From Sphagnum compactum (lineage: Eukaryota): a stretch of 64,000 bases of DNA. Both the position numbers and the translations under genes were made by a program. Numbering within the stretch: the first letter of the stretch is position 1; each line of letters starts with the position of its first letter. The stretch is from positions 10,654,213 through 10,718,212 of the forward strand of contig OZ234493.1 in assembly GCA_965153455.1 (NCBI GenBank), read 5' to 3'. The notes under the pieces were generated by a model that made no database searches, was not told the DNA's origin, and worked only from the letters and a program-made list of their open reading frames with translations. This document shows, one piece after another, positions 38,001 to 50,900 of this stretch.

Positions 38001-38376
38001 CAATGTTTCTACAAGGGGGACATGATGTCATGAAAATTGGATGTGAAGGCCACAATGGTGGTCTTGTATCAAAAGTCAATTTGTAGGGTGACGAAAGATT
38101 TTTATCCATGCCAACTTGGATTTTAAAGGTTGCAAATGGTGGTGTAAATGAAATGGTCATTAACCCTCAAGTTACCATTATCATAGCCTTAGGTTAGGTT
38201 TGGCAAATTAAAAACAAATGATTAATTATTTTCAAAAAAATGCATTCATTTCTAAGAAAATATGAATTAAAATGAAAAAAATTAATGAAATTCGTTTGAT
38301 GTATGAATGCATGTACTTGAAATGCATGGATGAATGGTTGGTGTACATATTCTATCAAGATCAAGATCCATTTCAA

Positions 38377-38826
38377 CTAGTGTGAACCCGGTGCATAATG
38401 CACCCGTCGCCCGTGCTGGCCTCCCCCTGTGCTGGCCCGGCGAAATTTCACAACTTGTTGAATTTTTTTTCAGGAATGAAACAAACATGAATTTTTTGGT
38501 GATTTAAACATATTTTCGCCATTTTTGAAATAAAACTAATTAATTTAACCAAATCTAGACCCAGGCACATCCTAGGTCGCCACTTGTAGCAGCAATTTTG
38601 TAAAAATGCCCAGCAGCTTTGGGAACCACTCCAGTGGACCCATTTGAGGAATTTGAAAAAAACAACTCCGCTTGGTTCTCCCGTTATCTGGCCCCCCCCC
38701 CCGCCCGTGTTGCCCCCCCTGCTGGCCCCCCCCCGCCCGTGCTGGCGGACAGAATACAGAGGTCGGTTCTGCAGCAAAATTGTCGTGTCAGACAGACGCA
38801 CAGACTAACTGAATTAATATATAAGA
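38377..38826 (-). mobile_element. Non-autonomous Helitron (450 bp), apparently young
   Basis: Minus strand reads A|TCTTATATATTAA...GGGTGCATTATGCACCGGG (hairpin) TTCACA CTAG|T. Inserted between A and T with no TSD. CpG-rich relative to its flanks. Confidence 0.92.
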
Positions 38827-38929
38827 TAAGTAGAGTTGCAAATTCAATTTTTTTTTCTTTCTAAACATTGCAATTTTTTCAATGTAGAGCAGAACTTGTT
38901 ATATTGTTGAGGAATAATGGTTCATCAAA

Positions 38930-40620
38930 CCATGATCTTTGATATGTTCCAATAGATAGGAAAAGCAGAGCAAAAGGAGGCATTGCAACATGAAGCAAAG
39001 CAATTAACTGTGAAGAATCAAAATTTTTTTTGTAGACAACAGTGGAAAGAAGCAAGCATCCAGTTGGATGACCAAAATTACAACCTCACATGACATTGCA
39101 ATCACTTGGCAAACGCATCAAGCAAAAGAGTGAAGAAGGGACAAGCAACCAAGAATCCAAGAAACATCAAAGAGGTACTTACATTCAATGGTTCGCACCA
39201 CACCTTTGGCTTCGCATTCAGATTGCAGTGGAAAGGCATAGGAGTTCAACAAATGTTTTACATTATCTTCATGCATTCCATAGAAAGCCAGGGGAACATT
39301 CAAGCCCATTTGAGAAGCTTTTCAAATGTTTCTTAGGAGAATGGTTTACCTCATATGGAAAGCACAAACCATGGGTTGAAAAGTCAATAAAAAGAGGGAG
39401 AGCTTTTACAATCATAGAATAACACATTCCAATACTAGATCGTAGGCTAGAAGTGAGAGATGAGCTCATGTTTTTGTTACAAAATATTAAAGCTTATGGA
39501 CAAACCCTTTCTGGACCCATAGTCCAACCCATTATCCAAGGTTTTCTTGAATTCAAAACTCCTGAACTTCTAAGTGGTTCATTCAAAGTTTCATTGGAAT
39601 GGTCTAGAAAGTTCATGAAAGCCAAGTTGGGTTGGTCCTTTAGAGCAATTCCTATAGTTGCATCAAAATTACCACCAAATTAGGAAGATCAAGGAACAAA
39701 GATGGCACATAGGGTGGAATACCTTGTAAAAACATACAATGTCCTTGCATCACTTATCAGAAACATGAATTAGACAAAGATTCACCTTGTATCTACAAGT
39801 GGGGAGAGAACATGGGAAAAGAAGGGATCAAAAGACATACATGTTTCTGGAGTTGAAGATAAGAGGCAAATTACTGTTGTAATATCCTTTACAGTTGATG
39901 GAATTTGTTTGCCTCTACAAATCATGTTTACAAGATCAACAACAAGATGTCTTCCTCGAAACAGTCCAGGGAAGGCATCTTGTTTGGGAGCAAGGTTTCA
40001 TTTTGACATGCTTTGCTAATCATTGGTCTACCTTAGATACCTGCCAACAATTTGTGGAAATGATTTTAATTCCTTATCACAAAAATGAGGTACAAGAATT
40101 AAACTTGCCATAAAACCAAAAGATGGTATGGCTAATAAACTACTGGTCAATTCATAAGAGCACGAAGTTCATACAACGGATCAAGTCACAACATCCACAA
40201 GTCTATTTAGTGTTTATACCTACAAATTGTACCTCTAAGCTTCAGCTTGTAGATGTGATCATCCAACACCCATTCAAGCATGTGTTTAAGAAGCGATTTC
40301 ACATGTGGACATCTTGCACCATCAAAGATCAATTCCTAAAAGAAAAAGATCCAGAAATTAATTTTCGCATGTCAACAATTAAACTTAAAATCTATGATTA
40401 GTTGTTTCATGCATGGACACAAATTTCCAAGAGGAAAGAAATGATTCACAAAGGGTGGGGATAGACAAGTTTACTTCGAAGCTTCATTCTAAATTTTCAG
40501 ATGGAGACACTAGGAATAATTGTTACAAAATCCTTGTTCTCATCAGATTTGACAAAGGAGGGAGAGATTGAAGATCCAAATGGCCAAGAGGATAGTGATT
40601 TGGATCGGGATCTTGAAGAG
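38930..40620 (+). pseudogene. Decayed pogo-like (DDE_1) transposase
   Basis: Fragments FKVSLEWSRKFMKAKLGWSFR..ASKLP, IRNMN*TKIHLV, RTWEKKGSK..GVEDKRQITVV, DGICLPLQIMF, NHWST, WLINYWSIH and FIPTNCTSKLQLVDVIIQHPFK. Stops and frameshifts throughout. Confidence 0.88.
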
Positions 40621-43600
40621 GGTACATGAATTATAATGCAACAATGTTTGCAGCCACATCCAAATCATTTTGGACCTAAACCAAGTGGTACCAAAAACAT
40701 TTTCAAGCTCAAAAATATTGCTAGAAATAAATGTGAGCACATCCATGTTATAGGCAGTAAACACTTATTGCAAACACTTATAGGCATCATAACACTTATT
40801 GCAATGAAATCAAGATGTCATTTACCTTAATGGATGTTACTTAGCGCATTTCTTTCACTTTATTTTTAATTTTTTTATTGTGATGTCGATCCACTTCACT
40901 CATGATGTATGCCCATTTTATCTTCTCTTATATGGTCAACAACAAATTGCCAAAATTACCCAACCTGCCAATCATGGAAGGTCAATTCTAATAAGTAAAA
41001 GTTATGCATTGGACCCCAAAAATTGCCCGAGCCATTACTCTTACTTGAGATTTCATGGTGTGGGGTTGGTTGCCATCAAGTAAACCATGGTGAGGTCTTC
41101 AAGTGAAAAAAATACAAGGATATTAAAGAGAAGATGAAATCGATATCACCATGTGGCCAAGGTCTGGATCATGTTGTCAAGTTGATTAGGTCTGAAGTCC
41201 TTGCCAACTGCAAAATGGACCTGTTTCCAATAGTGCAAATGTTTAAATCTTGCAATGATTTGGGTTTCAAAAATAGTTTCTCTGGATCAAAAACCAACTT
41301 AAATACATGTTTGAATGCTAATAATATTCAAGGATTGATTTGAGTACCATTTAGCACATGATTTGAATGGAAGCTAATTCAACCCCTTCACAAAGTTTTT
41401 AGAACCAAGGTTAGCATTTGAATTGTGCATACCATTATGACCATCTCCAAAATAAGACAGGGGTAAGCTGCATAGTTGTAAAACATACCTTGAAGCATTC
41501 TTCATCTTGAGAAACAATAGTTGGACCTTGTCCTTTCCTACCTTCAAGCGTCACAAGCACAATTTCAGCCTTGTTGATCCCTAGTGCTTGTGCTTATGTT
41601 GCGTGCTCATAGCTTGCAATGGCATGATCATCTTAGTAGTTTGACAAGTAGGAGCTTGGCCCAAGCCTGCATTTAAAACATTCCCCATATGCACCTCTTG
41701 CACTTAATTTGCTTACATCTAGATAGATTCCAATGTCGCTGCCCTAGAACCATGCAACAATCCCAAAATCTTAAGCATTTATTGACAATTTAACAATATC
41801 TTCTCCTTGTAAAAACAAGCACAAGCCTAGACACTACAACATGCTACATCTTCCTCTTCCAAATTTGGCACAATACTACTCTCAACATCACTATATACAT
41901 GCCAAAAAACAATCATGTTTTATCCTTGTGGCAAAGGAAAAGAAAGGAACTAAACACACGTGAAAATAACAAGTTGCACAAGTAAATTTATCCACCTGCA
42001 ATAGCGAGGGATCCAAGACAACTGGTAGGAGCAATGCCAAAGAGATGTGGAAGGAACTGATAGGAGTGTGTTTGGTAGCCATGATGACGACACCACAAAA
42101 CGAGCTTGCAGAAAAATTGGAAGATGCAGACCTTGAAAAACGTCGCCATGCCACACCTTGCCTAGCCATGGTTGTGGCTGCGACGATGTAAAAAGTTTTG
42201 CACAACAACAAAAATGGCAAAAAACTAGACTTGAACAAGCTTCAAATTGCCACATGACATACAAGAATGTGTATTCCAACGTAGAGTTGGATTCAACATC
42301 AAAATACTACAATAAAAAAAAGCAATCTTAAAGCAAAAGAAGACAAATCCATGAACAACGATTTGCAAGGAAACACTTATTTCTTCTTTATACCAAATTG
42401 TTTTTTGGAGAAGTCGACAAGTGCATTGTAATCTAATCCAAAATCCCACTCTGATCACTCTATAGTTGCAGAAATAATTTCATAGATTAAGCGGAATCAA
42501 AGTCTCCTTGCAAAAGTAAAGAACCAACAACTGAAAGAGAAACTAGGAAGAAGATGGATTACTACCGGTGATGTGGTGACTATTACTATTTGCGGTACTT
42601 TGCAGTAGAGTTTTGAAAAGCTTATTGATTAGCTAGTTGATGAAGTTTTAATGAGCTATGAAGTGGGAGTTGAGCTGCAACAACTTCAATGGCATTGCAC
42701 ATCATCATGCAGATCATGCAGTTACTCATGAACTGCAGGAAGAGGTGAACTTGTTAGTTGCCAAGTTTGGGCTTGTCATGTTGTAGAAATAACACATGAA
42801 AAAAACTTTGAAAAAAACTACCTTTAGAAGAAAAGCTAGTTGGTGCAACATAGAGGACAATAAAAACTTGAAAGAGAAGTTGGGTAAAGATAGACATGTT
42901 GTGTATGTAAGAAGACAAGAGGTCCACAACTTGGAAAGGCTTTCTTCAAAACTGTAGTTCAACAACAACAACATGAGCTTGTTTCCAAATCTTTGAGCTC
43001 AAGAAGCAGCTCCATGAAAGAGTTGCAACCACCAAACTCAAGGTGTTTTACTTGAACAAAAGCTCTAAGCAAGTGGGGAAATTGCAACTAAAGTTTTATC
43101 AAGTGATTAAACACAAAGATGACATGCACTTGTGGAAGCAAACAACAAGAGAGTGGATTCGAACCCAAAAGTGGAAGAAGGCACAATTGCAACGCAAAAA
43201 TATAGTAGCAAGCAAGCAACATGGTTTAGGGTTGCCCACGCAAGGTTTCTCTTACAAGTTTCTTCAAATTTTCAAAATTTTCGTCACTTCCCCAAGCATT
43301 TATCATAGTTTTCCTTAGTTCCAAAGAAAATTATCACATTTTTCGACGCTTCAACGTTTATTTTTCTAAAAAATTCATTTAAAGCTTTTAATAATTATTT
43401 AATGTTGAACTTGACCCAAGGCTACGGTAGCATGAGATTAATGTACCACAATGGAAATGATTTTAGCTTAGTTTGGTTACTTGTTCATCAACAAAGTCTT
43501 TAACATAGGTAGGACATAAGTATATAATATAGCTTATTTTAAAATGTTAATATGCAATTGAAATGAATTAGATATTTTAGAAATTGCTTGTAATTTTTGT

Positions 43601-46382
43601 TAATCTTAAAAGTGAATACACCAACTTGAATACTCAACCCACCATTGTAAAAGTACAAACTAAAAGTCTTATCTTACAATGAAACTTTTTAAAAATTATA
43701 TATGTATGCATGTTTACATGGGTGTCTAGACACATGCATTTGTTTTTCTTCACCTTTCCCCACCTTATAATGATGTTATTGTTATGGAGTTTCGTTTAGT
43801 ATGTAAACTTTGTAGCCTACTATAGGTCTACCTTTTGCATCTTGAAATACTTAATCATTTGAGGTGTCATATTTATGTGTGCTTGCATAGGGGTTTCTTG
43901 CCATCACTAACACTTGGCCACATTTAAGGCTTGGGTTACACCCAAAAGGTCAAAAAATATCCTACTAAGTATATGAGTACTTTGAGTATCATCATACGCA
44001 TTCATATTTATAAATTTGAAAAAAAGAAACTCAGCCATAACATTTTGAATGAGATTGTTAAACCAAATCAAAACAAAAATTATAAAAATAAGTATAGTCA
44101 TAAGTTGTAACCTTGTGAATTTTGCTTGCATGGTATTAGACCCATCATTCTCCTCCTAAATAACAATAACTAGTTTCCATTACTCCCTTGTGACTTCATG
44201 AATGTTTTGATAGTGAGTGTAGATGCAAGTATATTAAGTTGTTTATATAATGGCTTACATTGAATAAACATAGAATGTAGTGTTTGAGGCCTCAAACACC
44301 TTAAAGATATCCTTAAGCAGGCCAATTGTGAATATTGGGATTTTGGGTATGTGATAGAAAACTTGGAGCACTTGGGACTGTTTTTCTGAGAAGTAAATGA
44401 AATAATTAGGAAATGGGAATAGAAGTTCTGAGGACAAATGCTGCAACAAACGACAACAGAATGTTAAAATTTAATGTGCAATATCAGCTTATATCACATT
44501 GTTGGTAAGGCCAATTATTGCAACATTCAAAGTTTGAAAAAATCTAGTTGAACAACAAGACTTCTCAATACCATGATTCTCACCACAAGTTTCAAACAAT
44601 CGAGGGAAGGAGCAAGTTACACTAGTGTTATCATCTCTCTAAGATTATATATATTACCACATTCTTAATGCAATGAGTTTGAGAGATACAAGTTGAATCA
44701 AATTCAGCAACACATCCACTGCAAACCAGTACTTGCAAAGAGAAAACTGGCACCCAATTGGGACAAATTTGGCAACAATCGTCAATAGCCCTCTCAGAAT
44801 CTATTCTTCAGAAGACACCATCTTCAACTGCAAGGAGAAGTCTTCTAAATGGCAAAAGAAGCTGGATCACTACTATGGTCAGATATCCCATACTTGCATG
44901 TTGTATCGAGAAATTCTTGGGGTGCACCACATGGCTTTGTTTGGCAAGGAAAATACATGGTGATAGAGAATTGAAATTATATGTCAAGCACTGGTTTGAA
45001 GAATTTCTCATGAATGCAAGAGTTTGCTGAGGTTGTGATAGATTACTGATCACCTGCAAATAAACATGAAAAAAGTTCTTTAGCTCATTGATGATGTTTA
45101 GTTTTCAACATCTGCAGAATTCTACAGAGTAGATTCTGAGTGTGCTCCATTTGGGATCAAGACTTTCTTCGTTCGTCAGCTGAGTTTTTCCAAGTTTGGA
45201 AGAGGATTTGAATCCTATAATTTTTGTCTTGTGGATTCTTACACTCTAAAGTTTTTGTATTTCAACTCAACCTTGAAACATTTCATGCCTGAACTCATTT
45301 CAAACCATTTTGTCAACCTTAAACTGAAATTTTGACTGTGGAATGTTAAAAACAATTAATCTCTATGAAAAATCGAGCAGTGTTATGTGGGTTTGTTGTA
45401 TAAATCTTTTTTTTGTCAAATTATTGTTTTGCCTTTTGAAAAATCCAATAAGAGCAGAAATGGAACTCTTGCTTTGAGGAAGCACCTCTGTTTGATTTAC
45501 AAAAGAGTTAAGCTTCAAAACTGCTTGTTGTAAGTCTACCACTATTTTGTTTCTCAATGCTTTGGTTTTTGCAGACAAACAGATCCAAGATCCCACTCGG
45601 AACTATGGGGTGGGCAATGTGTGGGACTGAGAAAAGAAGTAACTTAGGTGCTGTGCTGCAATTGAGAAGATTTGGAGATCACCCAATCACACAAACGACC
45701 CAGCCAGTTCTTTCATTGCCTCAGTCTTGTTCTGAAATGGGTCATGCGGGATGATGACTGAGTTGCAGTTGGAGACATCGCAATTGATTACCTCCCACCC
45801 TCCCTCTGATAAGGAGTACGAACCTCCCAAAAAAAAAAGACAGAAAAGCTTTTCAAGCTCATCCTGTCAGCATAACAGAGTTGGTAGAAGAACTGGTGAG
45901 GATTCAGGAAGTAGTTTTTGCAGATGGATCAAACCATCAAACCTCCTACAATAATTCCCCTCTCAGACAAGATCCAGCACAAGAACCCATGATAACTCTA
46001 TCTGGCACACCCCCAATTTGACCTGGCCAACATCAAGCTATCAAATAAAAATTTGTTGTAAGTATTGAAAATAGTTTTCCTTCTTTTTCTTCTTTTTTTT
46101 GGGTTGGAAACTTTTGGACTCAGAATTTTTGCTTTTTTAAAAGCTGGAATTTTCTGTTGCAAGGTGTGTGGTAATTTTGTTTTTTAAAGCTACCGAAAAG
46201 AGGGAAATTGTGGTTTTTGAAGAAATGTTTGGCAGTTTTCAACCACCCTTAAAAAGTGTGTGGCCACTTTGTTGCTGTTTGAAAAAAACTTTGCACAGTT
46301 TTCTAAAAAATCATCATCAACATAATGCCAAATCTACCTTGGGATCAGATTTTTTTTTTTCGTTTTGGTGCAAAAAATTTCA

Positions 46383-46454
46383 CTGAAAAATGAGAATATT
46401 GCAACTGAAAGTAAAAGGGAATATTTCTTCTGTTGCAATATTCTCATTTTTCAG
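46383..46454. repeat. Perfect 23-bp inverted repeat with a 26-nt spacer
   Basis: ctgaaaaatgagaatattgcaac (46383-46405) and gttgcaatattctcatttttcag (46432-46454). Confidence 0.95.
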
Positions 46455-47775
46455 AAATTGTTTTCCAAGTTGCAGGGGAATTTTTTTAAAAAAAATAATA
46501 TATTAAGAAAAGCAACTGATTCAAAATAGCAGATTTTTATTATCCTCACCAATTTTTTTTGATCCTTGACTGCTGCTGGCCAACAGGCAACTGATCAAAC
46601 CAAACCCACAGTGACAAAATGTTAACTGCTTCAAGGACACAACAACAACTTCCAGATCAGTCAAGACTGTTTGTCCACCAGACTTGGAAGTTGGAAGAGT
46701 TGTTTGTGATTAAATACTTGTTGGAACTGACATTATTTTGTCCAATATTTGATGCAAACTCTGCTCTGTTCTGGCAACCCACAAAGCAAGAAAGCAAGTA
46801 AGTAAGTAAGTTTGTCAGTGGCAGATGGCCACATGTCTGTGTAGGTATACAGTTAGTTGCCTTACACTATTTGTCAAGCAGTCAACTCCACATTCTACCT
46901 TATTATTAGAGTCCCAAATTGGTCCCAAATGACCCAAAAAAACTCCCCTGACATACTCCCCCCCCCCCCCCCCCCCCACCAACAAGCTCCTTACCTTTTT
47001 GCACATTCAACACACTAAAGGGCCTGACAAACACCTCCCAATATAGAAGACAGAACTCTCCCAATATATGACCTGATGAGTCTTATAACAGCCCTAATTA
47101 ATATATAATTAATTAGGTGGACTAGGGTAAGGCCCCAATGTTAAGCATGGTTCCCCAGATAAGGGAAATAAATGGCCCTTTAATTTGGGGAATGTCCCCT
47201 TACAAATAGGAACATTGGAGTGTGAGTTTACTGGACTTATATGACCCAAATCTTGTTTTCAATCTGTCAACCCCATTTTTATTGGATTTTTTATTTTATT
47301 TTTTGCATTCTTGGGACAGATTTAGAGTTAGTCAAAATGATATTGGACAAGTGGTAGGTTTTCACACCTTTTCTCTTCCTCACACAAAATGGGTTGTTAT
47401 CTATAAACTTTTTTTCACTTTGGTGCTTAGGTAAAACCTTAGGGTTGGGGGCTTCTCAACAACTGCCAGAAAATTTGGAGTGTATCTGGAGGTAACCTTG
47501 TAAAGCACATTTTGGTAATGCCCTTCAAGGCCTAGGGCTTTACCTTACACATACCTAGGTCACAAGGTTGAGGAGGGGGAGTGTTTTTATGCATCTTGGC
47601 CCTACCTACCAACTATGAACCAACTCCCCCCCTTTCCACCTACCTACCTACTAGATCCACACCCCCTTTCCCCACTTAAACTTGTCACACCATTCTTACC
47701 TACTTACCCTCCCTCCTACCTACCTACCCAACACCTACATAACGTCAACGACAACCAATAAAAATAATTCAAAAG

Positions 47776-47900
47776 TAGGTATTGCATTCAATCAGTTAGC
47801 AATAAATTAAACATGTTTAGGCTTCCTTTGCGAGTATTGCATTCAGTCGGTTAGCAATAAATTAAACATATTTAGGCTTGCTGTGCGGGTAGGTATTGCA
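47776..47900. repeat. Tandem duplication, ~55-59-bp unit
   Basis: gtattgcattca.tc.gttagcaataaattaaacat.tttaggctt occurs twice, followed by a third gtattgca. Confidence 0.85.
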
Positions 47901-47902
47901 CT

Positions 47903-50900
47903 TGTGACAACATCATAATATGGCACATGGAGGTTTGCTTAACATGTGCACCTATTTCCATGCGATGCTATTATTATTGTACTTACATGCCATAATGTAA
48001 AACTACAACCAAATTAGAACTAATGCCTCCAAAAAACTTCAATATGCATATCCCATCTTATGGATTATTCTACTAAATAATTATGCACATCCAATATTGG
48101 GCATTGTATTCAATCATAATGGCCTATTACCAACATCCATGAGTAATTATGGGCTTGGTGATGATAGAATGTGCCAAGCTTGATGAATGTAGTGATTGGC
48201 CAATGCATGTAATTCTAACAATGTGCTCAATGGTGGCATAAGATTTAGCACCAACTCCTAAATGAATAGCATCCCACCTACCATTGACATCACAAATTAA
48301 CCACTAGGGGGTTCATCTTGATTATGAATGTTATCTTCCATCAATTCAAAACCATGGGGAAGGTTTGAAAATCCAATTATCATAATTGATTTTTTGGATT
48401 TTCCTAGATGCCCCCTGACAAACTTCATTGGCAACAAACCCCTACAATTGTCACCTATCTACCATCTTGGTTGGTAGGATGATGTTTTTTCCCAAAGATT
48501 TAAAGTAACCCCTAAAGGGTATAAAATCACTCCTCAAAAAAATATGTCATAAGATGTAACATACATAACCATTGTTTAAGTCCACACTATGGTATAAATT
48601 GTTGGTTTGTTGGGGTTAACTTAAATCACAACCTCATGTTTGGTTAATCCCCGAGCTTTTTTTGACCCATTGGTTGATGTCAAGATTTGGTATGGGCATG
48701 ATTTGAAATTGGCATTGATCAACTCAAGACCTTTCATTGTTGTTTTGTGAAACATTAGGGTTTGAACATTTGAATCCAACATAATCCTCTAAGGTCAATA
48801 CCATTGTCTAATGTTCCTTTCAACTAAAAAACTCCCTTTTCATTACACACCACAACCACACTAGGGACAACACATGCCATATTTATGGTTTGACATGCTA
48901 AGAATTGTTGAAGTTTGGTAACATTTGCATGCCAAAAGGGAGATTTTGAAATTTTCATTTGAGTTGTCCTTGAAAGTACTATGGGGGATCATGGTTGAAA
49001 TTGGATTGTTATTCAACATAATCACCATCCTTGGTGTTCCCCCACCTTTAGATAATGTGGCCATCAAACAATAAATTATGTTGGTTGAATATTAAAAATA
49101 ACTCATGTTTCAACAAAAAAAATAGTGCCCAATACATTATCATTACTGCCATTACCAAATTGCTTAATGCTTTTGTTTTGAAAGTGGAACCAAATGTGCT
49201 CTTTGACTTCATTGGTGCAGTTTTGGATATTGACACCCCTATAAGGTTAGAAATCGTATCCATTAACACAAATGATTATGGTAAGTGAATTTTGAATTGA
49301 AACTCCCCACATTAAGGATTTAATCTTTTCATTAGCACTTCATGGTTTCACAAATCAAACATTCGTTATTGTCACTAATGCAATTGTCAAAATATTTTGA
49401 TTAAACTTGAAACCTTAACGCAACTCCATTAATTGCTTGAAACACATGGTTTTTCAAAATAATCAACATCACCACATATGGGACCAATGGGCCTAAAAAT
49501 CTCACTTCACAAAAAGATCTTGGGTTGGCATTCAAGGTTCAAGTTAAAAAACAAGGAATCTTCTCTTCCCTTAACTTTGCTCGAAATAAGTGTATTAAAT
49601 TTCACATGTGCCATCACGTTCATCACTAAAGCCTCCACGCATGTGAATCTCACCTCCATGGTGTTTGGTTGACTTGGAACTAGCTTGATGGTTGACCTTT
49701 TATTGGTTGCACCTTTCCCATTTTAGCCTTTCTAGAATCTTAATTTTTCCCACCATTGGTTGTTTATGATTAACCTTGTTTAAGTTTTGGGTGAAGGGTA
49801 AAACAATGATCCGCATCATGCCCATCAATTTTACAATGGGAATACGAATGGCTAGGGTTAAGGCTTGAAGTGGATTAGGGAAAACCATTTTCTAATTAAA
49901 CCCACCACATCTCCAACATTTTTCCTCTCTCAACAAAATATGATGAACACACACCACCTCATTCCAATTTGGTCTTTTTGGTCTTATGTGGTGTAACTTT
50001 ATTTGGCTAACCACATGCTTGTTGAATTGATGGTGCTAAAAGGTTCTTCAGGTTGTCTTCATTAAACTCAAAAATCACCACATGTTCGTCCACCATGTTT
50101 AATTTAATGTGTTTTGAAAATTTAAACACACTTACAAATGTGGGTTGTGTGAATTGAAGTATTATAACATCCTACACCTATCACCTGAGCTTTTTGTCCA
50201 AAATCCCATACCAAAATTGGATAACTTGTGTTTTTGTGACTCCTTGTGTCACAATCATCTTGACCTTATCATTTGCTTATATAAACCTTTTACAAACTTT
50301 CATGTGGTTTATATTGAAACTCCTACAAACCCCATAACTTTGTGTCCAAACTTTTTGGTAATTTTTTTAATGCAATTATCACAACAATTCCACAATAGGA
50401 TTAAATGCCATCAAAGGCCATTAATGGAAGGGCCAACACCACCACTTTTGGCAATTGTACCATTAACATTATTGTTTCGACTAATCAAAATGTTATTGGG
50501 AATTACCATAGTTGTAACAACATTTGAGGTCATAATGCCTTTAGTGATGGAAACATAATTGGGCAACCCATACATTTGTTATTATGCATTTTGAGCTTCA
50601 TGGCCATGCCTAAATTTGTGGAAATTGTCCATCAACAACCTTTCCAAATGTTAAAACAATCCTTTCCATGCCATGAAAGGCGTGAAACAATTATGGATTA
50701 CATATTAGTTGCATATCACATTAGCTATCAATTTATTAAATAAAGTCATTTAACTTGATGTTACCAACCACCTTCAAATATTGAATGAGCCCTAGTGGGT
50801 CCATAAAGTTTGTCCACAACAATGGTGGAACACTTTATAACCACCCTGTACCAAAATTTGAATTTGAATCCAAATATGAATATTCTCTTTTTGATGACGG

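Noticed and set aside
46813-46953. Tiny TGTCAG...CTGACA solo LTR/TRIM
   Set aside because: No TSD and no second copy in the window.
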